NCBI RefSeq assembly: GCF_006345805.1
Contig: NC_043013.1
Span: 24,180,001 to 24,244,000, forward strand
Reading direction: 5' to 3'
Length of the DNA: 64,000 nucleotides
From: Octopus sinensis
Lineage: Eukaryota
Made by a program: the position numbers and the translations under genes. Position 1 is the stretch's first letter, and each line of letters opens with the position of its first letter. Positions 37,512-51,213 of the stretch are shown piece after piece. The notes below the pieces were generated by a model. The model saw nothing but the letters and a program-made list of their open reading frames with translations, was not told the origin of the DNA and searched no databases.

Positions 37512-37827
37512 GCACTCCATCGGTTATGATAACAAGGGTCCCAGCTGATATGATCAACAGAACAGCTTGCTCATTAGATAAACGTACAAGTGGCTGAGCA
37601 CTCCATAGACACGCGTACCTCTTTTTACATATTTTTCAGGGAGATTCAACATGATACAGAGAAAGAGTATGATAAGGCTGGCCCCTTGAAATAAAGGTAC
37701 AACTCATTTTTGCCAGATAAGCGGACTGGAGCAACGTGAAATGAAATGTCTTGCTCAAGGACACAATGCACCGCCGAGAAACAGGCTCACAAGCTGAATA
37801 TGCTAACCACTAAGCCATGCGCCTTCA
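37512..37827 (-). mobile_element. tRNA-head SINE (family E)
   Basis: Reverse complement gtgaaggcgcatggcttagtggttag... gtgtccttgagcaagacatttcatttcac; related copy at 63470. Confidence 0.7.
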
Positions 37828-37889
37828 CATACACACAAACACATAAACACACACACACACAGACACACATATATATATATATATATATA

Positions 37890-38312
37890 GGTGTAGGAGT
37901 GGCTGTGTGGTAACTAGCTTGCTTACCAGCCATATGGTTCCGGGTTCAGTCCCACTGCATGGCACCTTGGGCAAGTGTCTGCTACTATAGCCTCAGGTTG
38001 ACCAAAGCCTTGTGAGTGGATTTGGTAGACAGACACTGAAAGAAGCTCGTTGTGTATATGTATATATGTATATATATATACATATATATATGTGTTTGTG
38101 TGTTTGTGTGTCTGTGTTTGTCCCCCCAACATTGCTTGACAAACGATACTGGTGTGTTTGCGTCCCCGTAACTTAGCAGTTCGGTAAAGAAACCGATAGA
38201 ATAAGTACTAGGCTTACAAAGAATAAGTCCTGGGGGTTGATTTGCTCGACTAAAGGCGCTGCTCCAGCATGGCCACAGTCAAATGACTGAAACAAGTAAA
38301 AGAGTAAAAGAG
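37890..38312 (+). mobile_element. tRNA-head SINE (family A), full length with internal (TA)/(TG) tract
   Basis: A box tggctgtgtggt, B box ggttcagtccc, tail gaaacaagtaaaagagtaaaagag. Confidence 0.85.
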
Positions 38313-38343
<31 letters not shown>

Positions 38344-38477
38344 ATATATATATATACATAATATATATATATATATATATTTATACATATACATCATCAT
38401 CATCATCATCATCATCGTTTAACGTCCGTTTTCCTCGCTAGCACGGGTTGGACGATATATATATATATATATATAAT

Positions 38478-38522
<45 letters not shown>

Positions 38523-38552
38523 ATATATATATAATTATATATATATATATAT

Positions 38553-38593
<41 letters not shown>

Positions 38594-38594
<1 letters not shown>

Positions 38595-39288
38595 CATCAT
38601 CATCGTTTAACGTCTGCTTTCCATGCTGGCATGAGTTGGACAGTGTGACTGAGGACTGGTGAGCCAGATGGCTACATCTGGATCCAATTTGATCTGGCAG
38701 AGTTTCTATAGCTGAATTCCCTTAATAACGCCAACCACTCCGAGAGTGTAGTGGGTGCTTCTACATGCTTCCAGCACGAGGGCCGGTCAGGCGGTACTGG
38801 CAATGGCCATGCTCAATTAGTGCTTTTACGTGCCACCTGCACAGGAGCCAGTCTAGTGGCACTGGCAATGACCTCACTCGAATGTTGTTTTTCGCATGCC
38901 ACCAGCCAAGTGCCAGTAAGACGATGCTGGTAACGATCATGCTCAAATGGTGCATTTTACGTGCCTACGGTATGGGAGCCAGTCAGCAGTCCTGGCAACA
39001 ATCATGCTCAATGGTGCATTTTACGTGCCTACGGTATGGGAGCCAGTCAGCAGTCCTGGCAACAATCATGCTCAGATGGTGCTTTTAGTGCTCCTCTGGC
39101 AGGGCTGCCAGTCATGTAGGGCTGTCATTGAATTTGTTTGCGACTTCGATTTCACCTGCCTCTACAGGTTTTCGCAAGCAGAGTTTAGTGTCCAATAAAG
39201 GAAAGGTATGCATAGGTGGGCTGGTTACACCACTGGCATAGGCCACGGGTTACGGTCTCACTTGGCTTGCCGGGTCTTTTCAAGCACA

Positions 39289-39290
<2 letters not shown>
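38594..39290 (-). mobile_element. SINE family C, long copy with ~5 internal repeat units
   Basis: Family C 3' end plus repeated ggtgc..ttttacgtgcc...gccagtc...ctggcaac units. Confidence 0.8.
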
Positions 39291-39336
<46 letters not shown>

Positions 39337-39753
39337 ATATACTGCAAATGAAATTATATGGACAAAACTAGAATACTCAGTTTGGTTACAGAATTAAATA
39401 TCCACCTCCTCCACACCATTCCGACCACCACCACCTCCACCACTATCGACATCATCATCATCATCATCATCAATATCCCTTTTTCCATGCTGGCATGGGT
39501 TGGATGATTTGACAAGAACAGACAAGCCAGGGGGCTGCGCCAGGTCCATGTCTGCTTGGCATGGTCTCTAGAAGCAACAACTGTGCTTCTACAGCTAAAC
39601 AGGCATAGCTTATATTATTAGCAAAATTTGAATCCCAATGAAGGACAATCATGCAACATCAGTGTAAGGTATAATAAACATAACTAAGCTAATGGGCTAG
39701 CATGGAAAAGAAGTGAACATTAAAACGATGATGATGATGATGATATATATATA

Positions 39754-39918
39754 GGCGCAGGAGTGGCTGTGTGGTAAGTAGCTTGCTAACCAACCACATG
39801 GTTCCGGGCTCAGTCCCACTGCGTGGCACCTTGGGCAAGTGTCTTCTACTGTAGCCTTGGGCCGACCAAAGCCTTGTGAGTGGATTTGGTAGACGGAAAC
39901 TGAAAGAAGCCCGTCGTA

Positions 39919-39966
<48 letters not shown>

Positions 39967-40178
39967 AGTTTGTGTGTCTGTGTTTGTCCCTCCAACATCG
40001 TTTGACAACCGATGCTGGTGTGTTTACGTTCCCGTAACTTAGCGGTTCAGCAAAAGAGACCGATAGAATAAGTACTAGGCTTACAAAGAATAAGTCCTGG
40101 GGTCGATTTGCTCGACTAAAGGTGGTGCTCCAGCATGGCTGCAGTCAAATGACTGAAACAAGTAAAAGAGTAAAAGTG
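39754..40178 (+). mobile_element. SINE family A, full length
   Basis: Highly similar to 37890-38312. Confidence 0.85.
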
Positions 40179-40290
40179 TATATATATATATCAATATATA
40201 TATATATGATTGATTGATTGATTCCAGTTCCAGCCCATGAGCTGTGGCCATGCTGGGGCACCGCCATATATATATATATATATATATATA

Positions 40291-40591
40291 AATTAGAAAA
40301 AAAACACCTTTTATCAATTCAAAATGAACAATTAAATTACACCATCTAGAAAATTACATATAATAGAAAAGTTAAAATTAAAATAACAATAAAATGTAAA
40401 GATTAAGTAAATTGCAAAATTAACAATAAAAACGTAAATAATAGGTAATTTTTATTATTATTTTTGCAATTTACTAAATCTTTACATTTTATTGTTATTT
40501 TAATTTTAACTTTTCTATTATATGTAATTTTCTAGATGGTGTAATTTAATTGTTCATTTTGAATTGATAAAAGGTGGGGTTTTTTCTAATT
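40291..40591. repeat. Fold-back inverted repeat in (TA)n (arms ~40291-40419 / 40462-40591)
   Basis: Arms are reverse complementary with few mismatches, ~42-nt loop. Confidence 0.9.
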
Positions 40592-40873
40592 TTATATATA
40601 TATATACATATCATATTGTGCGAAATTTGATTTAGTATTTCTAAATTGAATTTCTTCCTTGTAAGTTTGGATTTTATTCCCTGAAATAATAATTATTATA
40701 TATATATTTATACTAGAACAATAAAAAGAAGATTCTTGGTACAGTAATATAAATATTTGAAATAATGAGTAGAAATGGCTTTTTGGGGAGATGATTTTTA
40801 ACTTAATCTTAATAATAATGTTGTCAGTTTGCACACACATACACACGCACACACACGCATGCACACACACACA

Positions 40874-40904
<31 letters not shown>

Positions 40905-40967
40905 CACATAATTAAGATTCAAATAAAAATTATACTCTGCAAAAAGCTGTCTATTGATTTTTCAAAT

Positions 40968-41800
40968 ATATGTATGTGGTTGTGTAGTAAGAAGATTGCT
41001 TCCCAACCACATGATTCCAGGTTCAACCCCACTGTGTGGCACTTTGGGCAACTGTCTTCTACTATAGCCTCATGCTGACCAAAGACTTGTGAATGGATTT
41101 GGTAAATGTAAATTGAAAGAAGCCTGTTGTATATATATACAGCCCTTCTTATCTTGTTTTTCCTTATCCTGTCTTTTACTGTTTATAATTTGTACTGTCG
41201 TTACTGTCCTGTTTTTGTTACCATTTTTTACCCCTCTGCGAAAACATCTCAGAATTTTAATTGACTTGCTTTTCGCAGGAAGGAAAGTTTCTTGTCGAAG
41301 ATACGTCTCGCTTTCACCTTCGAAACGTAGAGTAGATGAAACCATAGCGACTGAAGAAGGGGTTTTTTCTTTGTGTTAATTGTCCTGTACTCTATTTTTT
41401 TGTTGTTTAAAAAAATGTCCAGTTCTTTGGGTTTGTGTCTATGTTTTCATTTCTCATTGTGTTCAACGTCTTTTTGGTGTCCTGTACTCATATATGCGTG
41501 TATATGTACATGTAGAGGTAGGTACGTACATATATGTTTATATAGATGTATATGTTTTATATATATCTTTACGTGTGTGTGTGTTTGTGTGTGTATATGT
41601 ATGTTTGTATATGTATGTATTTGTGTGTCTGTGTTTTTTCCCCCCACCATTGCTTGACAACCGTTGATGGTGTGCTTACATTCCTGTAACTTAGCAGTTT
41701 GGCAAAAATGCCCAATAGAATAAGTCCTGGGGTGAATTTGTTTGACTAAAAGTGGTGCTCCAGCATGGCCATAGACAAATAAGTGAAACAAGTAAAAAAA
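40968..41800 (+). mobile_element. Older SINE family A split by a ~370-bp insert (41141-~41510)
   Basis: 5' half 40968-~41135 and 3' half ~41620-41800 match family A; the insert sits in the internal TA tract. Confidence 0.7.
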
Positions 41801-42100
41801 TATATATATGAATACATATGTGTGTGTGAGTGTGAATGTGTGTGTGTGTGTGTATGCATGTATATGTGTTTATGTGTATGTGTGCAGACTGACAACATTC
41901 TTTATGAAGTACTCAATACTGGAAGTAAAGTAACCATGCAACAAATAAACAATAAGTCTAAATAAATTCAGGAAAATTATTTTGCTGCAGTTTCTTCTTT
42001 TGAATTCAAAGAAATAAAACTGAATTAAATTGAAAAATGAATTGTTTGTTGAGATAATGTTGAACTGGGGTTGTATGGGAGAAAGTGTAAACAGAGTAAG

Positions 42101-42184
<84 letters not shown>

Positions 42185-42959
42185 AGAGAGGGAGAGAGGG
42201 AGGGAGAGAGAGAATGGTTCAAAATTGTTGAAAAGTAAGAAGTTAGAAGACAGATTAGAGAAGGAGTGAAATTAGAGGTTCATAATATACGAACAAAAGA
42301 TAAACATGGGTTGAGTGGTAAAATTCTTTTAAAAGCGTATTTTAGTTAAGACTTTTAAAATTCATGAAGAGATCAAAAAATAATTACAAAAATAAAATAT
42401 TTTTAAGAAATATTTTTAAGACCACAATTAGCTGAATATTGATTTTTTTGAATTGACAAGTCTAACAATAGCAACAGGAAGTTATAAACTTCACAACCTT
42501 TCTACATCACATTTGATAATTTTAATAAGTTTAAAATTCACTATACCAGTCATTCGTTCATCCCATCTTCTACATAACTGAAGGTCCAAAATCTCCCACT
42601 TTTCTCTCTCTCTCTGCAAAAAAAAAACAAATTCAAAATTATTTCTTGATGTAATACTAGTTCTTCAATTTAATTCAGTTCATTTCAATTTTTCAGAATT
42701 TAAAAGCAGAAACCATCATAGAAGAGTCTTCTTGGATTCGTTCAACATTATACGGTTTCTTAATTATTGATCTACAATATTATACGTGTATGAGCATATA
42801 TGAATGTACATGTGTGTGGGTTTAAATACACATATATATAAATGTATGTGTATTTTTTCAATGTCTACAAATAACATGGAAAAAATAAATAGTTACCAGG
42901 GTAGCAAAAAAGGTAGAAATTCTAGGTTTTGGTGAAATGCTTTTGTATAACATAAATAA

Positions 42960-43033
42960 ATAAATGGAGTTAAACACAGGTGTTATTCAAATCTTTGAAG
43001 ATTTGAATAACACCTGCATTTAACTCCATTTAT
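42960..43033. repeat. 74-bp near-perfect hairpin adjoining (TA)n
   Basis: ataaatggagttaaa..caggtgttattcaaatct / agatttgaataacacctg..tttaactccatttat, 2 mismatches. Confidence 0.9.
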
Positions 43034-43433
43034 ATATATATATATATATATATACATATATGTGTGTGTGTGTGGATATGTGTATGAGTATGTAATTGCA
43101 CATATGTTTATGTGTGTATGGGCATGTATATATACATGTTTGTGTGTGTACGTATGTAGACGTTATGAACACAGGAAGTTTTTATGTATTGTGAGAATAT
43201 GGTTGCATGTATTTTTCTTTTATATTTTTTCCCACCTATTAGAGTAACTTCCCTTTTATTCAATGTTTTTTTTTTATAGTGTCTGTTGTCATAATAGCCA
43301 ATGAGAATTTATTGTAGCTCTTAGCTCCAGCATATGAAACACTGAGTCCTATTATGACAACTTACTGATGGTCCTAGACTATACATATATATACATATAT
43401 ATATGTATATATATATACCTATACATACATATA

Positions 43434-43871
43434 CAGGTCGTCGTCAACCTACGACTGCAATTTGTTCTGACTGACTGGTCGTAGATTGATTTGGTTGTAA
43501 CTTCGTCTATGGGCCAACATAGCTTTGTTTTATATTTTTACATTCTTAAGGTACATTCTCAGGTAACAGTCACACACAACATCCTATATTATACTATTAT
43601 TCTGGTGACAGTCAAAAATTTTGAAGTCTTAAGCAGTCATCTTATAAACAATACAAGGTTGCCTCGATGTCTCAGCAACAGGAAAGTCATCCAACACAGT
43701 GGTGATTGATTACCAAACCTAGAGGAAGTGTTTGTTAGCTGACATCATCCGTAGATGGGTTAATTTCTAAGGAATTAAACCCATAAGATTTCAACTGAAC
43801 AATTTATTATTGCTGCTGGGAGCTGGCATGCCAATTGTTGTAAAGTTGAGCGGTTGTAAGTTGACAACGAC

Positions 43872-43874
<3 letters not shown>
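43434..43874. mobile_element. Tigger/pogo-type MITE (441 bp)
   Basis: TIRs caggtcgtcgtcaacctacgac / reverse complement caggtcgttgtcaacttacaac, TA TSD on both sides. Confidence 0.8.
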
Positions 43875-43908
<34 letters not shown>

Positions 43909-43909
<1 letters not shown>

Positions 43910-44472
43910 TAGCAGCTAAGCCCGGTTTCACCCGGTCTGTTTGGATGATTTGGCTGTGATCGTTTTCGGTTAGGCATAATCTCTAACAGGGTTTCTCAAC
44001 CTTATCATTTTGGGTCCCCTGTTTCGATTGGAGCCTCCAGCTGTATGAACATTTCCTGACCCCCCTCCCCTTGCCAGAAAAAAAAGCTTCAGGAGTTGTG
44101 AAGAATGAATTTGTACGTGGTCTGTTTCTGAGAGCTATTCTATTGGACCTCTGTCTAATCATTAAAACATTGGGCGATCTTTTGTTAAGGGAACACACGA
44201 CTGTCACTTACAAACCATTTATAAACCACGTGCGTTTATTTACATTTTTGAAGATGATCGTTGGTTTCCATAAAAAAATTTTATTTTTTTAATATGGTGT
44301 TGGGGGGAAAGGGGGTCTTTTGAAGTCGGCATGAAAGCAAAAGAGACAGAGAGAGCACAATTGTATGAGTGAACTGGAAGAATTGATGTGCGTGTGTGTG
44401 TGTGTGTGTGTGTGAGTGTGTTTGATGGGGTGTGCGAGATGGAATGTGTGGTGTGATTGTGAATTGCTTTTG

Positions 44473-44563
<91 letters not shown>

Positions 44564-44875
44564 ATAACTGAAATTTTTTATTCACTTTTTGTAGTGAGTG
44601 AATGTGTGAGTGATTGACAGAGAAAAAGCGAGAGAGAGAGAGGTTATGTATGTCTGTATGAATGGCTTCAGTGGCACACACACACACACACAGTTCTTGG
44701 TAACTATGGGGGCTAGGAAACGAATACAAACTGCATTCCAATCTATGCACTCATCTCCACATGTGTACCATTTTTCACTCGAATCCACCCAGCCGTTTGG
44801 CTGTGAACCTTAAGACAAAAAAGAATACAACGATTGCCCATATCCAATTTATATTATAGAATATAAACTTAGATA
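43909..44875 (-). mobile_element. Helitron-like element
   Basis: Minus strand ends gaccgggtgaaaccgggcttagctgCTAG|T. The 5' end near 44875 (a|tctaagtttatattctataatataaa) is tentative. Confidence 0.55.
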
Positions 44876-45199
44876 AACGTAGATATGTTTTGACCAAAGA
44901 TTGACCCAGGCCCTCTCTAACTCAATAGCACCACCTGATAAGATTTGATAAATCCTTTTAAAGTCAAGTAGGGAGTTTTTTATTTATATTAGATATTAGC
45001 AATGGCAGCAGTATTGACACCAAAGGCAATCTTTATACCCCACTTATCACAGAATTATTGTTAGAGTGCTGAGTACAGCAATATTCACCTAGAGAGGTCA
45101 TTTTATAGAGATGCTTAATGCTTAAAAGCGCAAAACACACACATATATATTTTAGTTTCAGCCTGACTGTTGTGGCCATACTGGGGCACTGCTGTTTGC

Positions 45200-47410
45200 T
45201 TTGCTACACTTCCACTAAACCTCCTTTGATGTGTGACATTTGGTGAATGAGGGAGTTTGACATTGCTGCCCTCATTTGTACTTCTTGCTTTGAGGTAGGT
45301 TCATCTGGAACTCCTGACAGATGGTGATCTGGTTTTGTTTTGAAAATGCCTACATCCACACCATGCAAGTCTCTCAGTCTTTGTAGGAGGATATTGAAAG
45401 CTGTTGGCCCATAAAGGCCAAGCTGTTGCAGTATCTGGTTCTGTATCCTGATGGTAATGTTGAGATTTTTGGTACTATGCAGTAGTGACCCGTTTTGCTA
45501 TTTGTGTAACTTACAATGCCAAAGTTAGATACAAGCTCTTCTAGGATCTTCCAGATGTATATTACTGCATATCTTTCCTGCCTTCATTCTAGGGAGTAGA
45601 ATCTTAACTGTTTCAGTCTCTCCCAGTAGCTGACACATCGCATTAAGATGATCTTCTTTGTGTAGCTTCATTGAATTGCCTCAAGTTCCATCATTAATTT
45701 TATACTGTTTGGTGACCACAGTTGGGAACAGTAATGCAGATGGCTGAGAATGAAAGTCTTCCAGAGGATCATCATGGTTACCTGTTCTCTCGTTTTGAAA
45801 ATTTGAACGATCCATCTGGTCGACTGTCTGCATTTTGTTGCCAACTTAGTAATACAACGCACCTGGCAAGATGCATCATTATTCATGTCGATGCTCAGGT
45901 CATTCACTGATTTTAATTCAGAGATTGCAATCTCTCCTGGGTCAGTGTATTCTGTTTGCTTTTCATTGAGCTTTGTGTGTTGTTAGCAAGGGCTTGGAAT
46001 TTTCCAGCATTAAACTCTGCCCACTTGTATATTGTGTCCAAATCATGTTGCAGATGCACAATGTCTCCAGGGATCTGTATCCTCTAAGAAACTTTAGTAT
46101 CATCTGCATTGCTAGCAAGGGTGACTACTTGAGCAGCTGAGGGCCTCTATGAATAGCAGCGGCCCCAAAACAGGGCCATGTAGAACACCACACATTATTT
46201 GTGTTTCCTTGGAGGTGGCCCTGTTGGCCACCACTACCTAATTTTTATCTTTCAGAAAGTCATGTATCCATTCTCCAAGTTTTCCAACCATGCCGAGATT
46301 ATGCAGCTTGTGACATATACATGGTTGACTTTGTCAAAGACTTTTGCAAAGTCGATCTATATCATGTCCACATTTGAGGTGTTGAACAGCTGCTTTGGCA
46401 CCCAGTCGAAATGCTGCAAGAGCTGTGTCAGACAGCTTCTACCTGGTCGTAAGCCATTCTGGGTGTCAGTCAGCAAGTCATTCTCTTCAAGGAATGCAAT
46501 TAATTTTCTTTCAGACTATTCGTTCCCTAATTTTTCTGTGTGAAGTCAGAGAGATAGGCCTAAAGTTTTTAGCATCTGCTCTGCCTCCTCCTTTATGGAT
46601 TGGGCATATTATACCTTCCTTCAGTTTGTCCGGGAGCTTACCATTTGCAAGGAATCTCTGAAAAAGTAGTTACAATAGTTTTGCAAAGACTCATTTGCAT
46701 GACTTGAGAAGGATTGCTGGGAATCCATTGGGGCCAGCAGCTGAGTTTGCATCGACATCATCTATTACCAGTATTACATCCTTTTCTTCGATATTGATGT
46801 TATCAATTTTTCCTGTCTCCCTTTCTGCTTCTGTAGAGGTAACGAATTCTACAGGTTTGCTAACTTACATATACCATAACAGTGGGGTGTTCATTCAGTG
46901 TTTCACTCATCCTGTGAGGGAGCCATCTTTTTGAAGGAGTGACCCTACACTACAATGCAAGGTAGCAGTCGCCTTGACATACTTAAAGAAGACTTTAAGG
47001 TCTGATTTTATATCTTTTATGACCCAGGCTTCTCTGGCTGCTCTTTCCTTCTCATGCAAGCACTTCAGCTGCTTCTCAATCTCCAGCTGTACTGTTTCCA
47101 GGTGGGAATCCTCACTACTGTTCAGGTGGTTTGCAATCTTTGTACATTGTCTCATATGAACCCTTCTTTCCTCGGGAATTTTGTTTTTATGTGCAGTGGC
47201 CCTTCTCTCTGGGACAAAATTGTAGCATATGGCTTGTATTACGGACATGAAAGTTTTCTATTTCATTTCTATGTCAGGTGTAGAGAGACATTGGGACCAG
47301 TCCTGTATGGTAATCTCTTTCTCAATTGCTTTCCAGTCTGCTTTGTGGTAATTCACACTGGATAGATTTGGGGTGCTCCTCATAGGCTGCAAGTCTGTGG
47401 GTTCCTTTGG
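45200..47410 (-). mobile_element. Degenerate CR1/L2-group LINE fragment
   Basis: WKTFILSHLHYCSQLWSP...LEAIQ, GPVLGPLLF, DFAKVFDKVNH-like peptides; many frameshifts. Confidence 0.75.
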
Positions 47411-47584
47411 TCCATACATGGTGTTTCAAAGGTATTTTGAAATGCAAGATTATATATTTATATATGCTTTGTAGTTTAAATTGGATGTGAAATGAAACAA
47501 TTGTAGGTGAAGATGTTAATTGATTAATAAATTAATTTGTATCCATTGGATCTCTCCAGTTTCAAGCTTAATAATAATATTTGA

Positions 47585-47855
47585 TCATCATCATCACCAT
47601 CACCAGTTAACATCCATTTTCCATGTTGGCATGGGTTGGATGGTTTGACTGAGGTCTGGAGAGTCAGCGGCTGCATCATGGCTTCAATCGGATCTGGTAA
47701 TGTTTCTACAACTGGATGCCCTTCCTAACGCCAACCACTCTGAGAGTGTAGTGGGTGCTTTATACGTGCCACCAGCACAGGAGCCAACCAGGCAGCCTTG
47801 ACATCGATCACATTCAGATACAGCTTTTTATGTGCCACCGGCACAGGAGCCAGTT
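47585..47855 (-). mobile_element. SINE family C copy
   Basis: (cat)n...ttaacatccattttccatgttggcatgggttgg... Confidence 0.75.
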
Positions 47856-50121
47856 CACTGAAAAAATATCTCTCCAAAATACAATATATTAAACCAATAT
47901 ATCTTGGCTAAAAATATTCCTATATGTCTAAATATTCTTATAGTGACTATATATATATACATATATATATACACACACACACACAGATGTAGCAACACTC
48001 CCCCACTAATATACATAGGCAAAAATTAGATATGCCCACACATATATTCACATATACATATACATACACATGCATGCATGTGTGTGTGTGTATGTATACA
48101 TACATATATGCATATGCATGTATGTATGTATGTATGTATGTATGTATGTACACATAGATATACATATTAACAATATTTAAATGCTGAATTTTGTCTCCTA
48201 TGTTATACAGTAATTTCTTGTTTAGTTGCATTGTTTAGCATTTGGGATTACAGTGCCATGTTTTCAGGCTGGTAGGCAAAATGTTCAATTAAGCAATCTT
48301 CACCGAAATTTTTGCACATGTTGGAGAAGCAAAAGGCAGGAGATTTCATCTTCTGTTTTTCCATTTACTGTGAAAATCTGGTGGAGACAACAACAGTGTA
48401 TAATATTCCTGGTAACCATCATACAGATGTAACTATAATGACTAAACACTTTCAAACACATATATGCATGTGTATATATATAAATGTGAATGTAAATATG
48501 TAAACATATATACATGACATACTCATATGAATGTATATATATATATATATATATGTATATTCATATGAGTATGTATGTATAAATGTATACATATAAAAAT
48601 ATACAGCATTGTAGATCCATTTCTGTTAATCTTACCAATTAGTTTCTTGTTAGTTATTTTTATGTATCGCACAGTAGTATATTCTTGGTTATGGCATATC
48701 ACTGGCCAGAAAGTTACCATTGGTTTTCACATCTCCTATTGCACTTGGCAATATAGATGACTCATCAGGAATGCTGGCCACAATCACACAGCCTCTTTAA
48801 TGAAGGAGGTAAATATATAGTCTTAGTCACTTTTGGGGGAGAAACAACTGAAACAAAAGAAGAAACAGGAAAAAAAATCCCTTTCTGGGAAGGAAAAAAA
48901 GAATTGCTTTCCCTTGTATGATTGCAGGTATGGCTGAAGTGAGTCAGCTGTGCCTACATATGTTTTTTCCATTCTCTAATCCACAAATGAGGAAGACCAC
49001 ATTTCCAAACAGATTTTCTGTCATCAATGCCACAGCTGAAAATGTCACTTTTTAAATTCAAGAAGTAAGGTCAGGCTAAATAACTGCAGATCCTCTTTTA
49101 GGATCCTAGAGATGTGTAGCATTACATTAGCCAGCTATACATGGTGATTAAAAGAAGAGGGAATGCCATACAAAATTAACTGGCAGTTACTGGAACAACT
49201 TAAGTCATACCTTAACAGAAACAGATGACACGAACCTTGCTTAGTTGAAAGGACAACAATCCTAAAAGAATTTGATCGATCTGGGTACTTTCATGAATTG
49301 AAAAGTGAAATTTATAGCTGCAGCTCTCATAATAAAAAAAATTGTTTTGGAAACAAATGAATCTTCCCTGGTTGCAGATTAGAAAATGGCAAAAACATGC
49401 AGGCACAGCTGATCCACTTCAGAAATGCGAAGAATTGTACAAGGAGAGGCAAGTTATTTTTCCCTCTAATGATTTTTTTTTGTTTTGGTTTTTCTTCAGC
49501 AATCTGACTAAGACTGTATATTTATTTTCATTAGTAAAGAGACGATGTGCTACCAGTAAACACGTCTGATGTATTGTCTGTATTGCAAAGTGCAACAGGA
49601 ACACAAAACGAATGTAAACTTTCTGACTTGAATCCTTCAAAAAATAACAACTCAAAATTTCTTTTAGAGTGTGCTTTTCAACACCTGACTGATATATATA
49701 TATATGTGTGTGTGTGTGTGTCTGTGAGCGTGTATACACACACACACACACACAACATATAGTTATGGTATCTTCTGTTAGGAACGTGGCAGAGTACAGT
49801 ATAAATCTTGTCCACCCTCAGAATTACCCAATACCATCCGGTAGCATTATTATATACTTCCAGGTTTATGTTTCGATATTTGTAGTGTGTGAATATAATC
49901 AAATTGCATAATCAAATACCTGTATTTTTGGAGAACCACTTTGGATGGAAACAATTGTAGTGATTAAAAAATAACTGTCCAACCATACTCTTTCTTGTTG
50001 ACTCCAATTTCTTCAATTTTACACACACATAATATAGACAAATATACCTACATATATATACATATGTATATATATATGCATACATACACATATATGTATA
50101 TATATATACATACATTTATAT

Positions 50122-50163
<42 letters not shown>

Positions 50164-50166
50164 CAC

Positions 50167-50197
<31 letters not shown>

Positions 50198-50220
50198 CAT
50201 ACATATACAAACACATGCAT

Positions 50221-50316
<96 letters not shown>

Positions 50317-50331
50317 TACACACATATGTAT

Positions 50332-50533
50332 ATATAGGAAAAATAGAAGTTGAAAATGCACAGAGAATAGTTAGAACATTTAAAAAAATATTTAAAGCTT
50401 TAAACCATTTCACAGTTTTCACTGATTTTCAAAAAGTTCAAATTGAAAAACTGTGAAACAGTTTAAAGCTTTAAATATTTTAATAAAAAATGTTCTATTC
50501 TCTGTGCATTTTCAACTTCTATTTTTCCTATAT
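50332..50533. repeat. Fold-back inverted repeat (~90-bp arms) in TA-rich microsatellite
   Basis: atataggaaaaatagaagttgaaaatgcacagagaatag... vs ...ctattctctgtgcattttcaacttctatttttcctatat. Confidence 0.9.
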
Positions 50534-50595
50534 TTCTGCCTGCGTGGAATAAAATATCTTTGTTTTCTCTATATATTTGCATATATATATATATT

Positions 50596-50682
<87 letters not shown>

Positions 50683-51171
50683 GCATATATATATATATAT
50701 ATACACACACACATATATATATATACATAGACAGACATATGTACACATTCACATATATATCAATTGAATATGTAATTTTATATATATATATCATCATCAT
50801 TGTTTAATATCCGTTTTCCATGCTGGCATGGATTATATGTAATATACTTATTCAAATGTATATATATAAAATATGCATATATATTGATTGAATACATATC
50901 AAATATTTGTTTCTTGTTTCTGTAATACACACACACACACATATATACGTATGTGTGTGTGTTTATACATACATATATATATATTTGTATGTATGTGTAC
51001 AATATATAAGTGCATAATAAATACATATACATATATCACTATGTATGTAAGTATGTATGCACGTATGGATACACACACATATACATACATATATATGTAT
51101 GTGTATATATATATATACATGTTTGTGTGTATGTATGTGTGTGTATATATGTATACAAATACATACATACA

Positions 51172-51213
<42 letters not shown>

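Noticed and set aside
37890-37965. tRNA gene
   Set aside because: A/B boxes belong to SINE heads that continue into SINE bodies; no complete cloverleaf.
41285-41365. CTGAAGA/GAAA hammerhead candidate
   Set aside because: No consistent stems for type I, II or III topology.
42543-42609. Possible minus-strand exon REREKWEILDLQLCRRWDERMT
   Set aside because: Weak donor, starts in a (GA)n run, no recognisable homolog or partner exons.
48715-48775. Minus-strand CTGATGA-hairpin-GAAA hammerhead candidate
   Set aside because: Stem I cannot form and there is an extra A in the core.
48950-49030. Possible minus-strand exon AVALMTENLFGNVVFLICGLENGKNI, loosely like CENP-M
   Set aside because: The same sequence has a diverged inverted paralog 400 bp away with stops, and no further matching exons were found.
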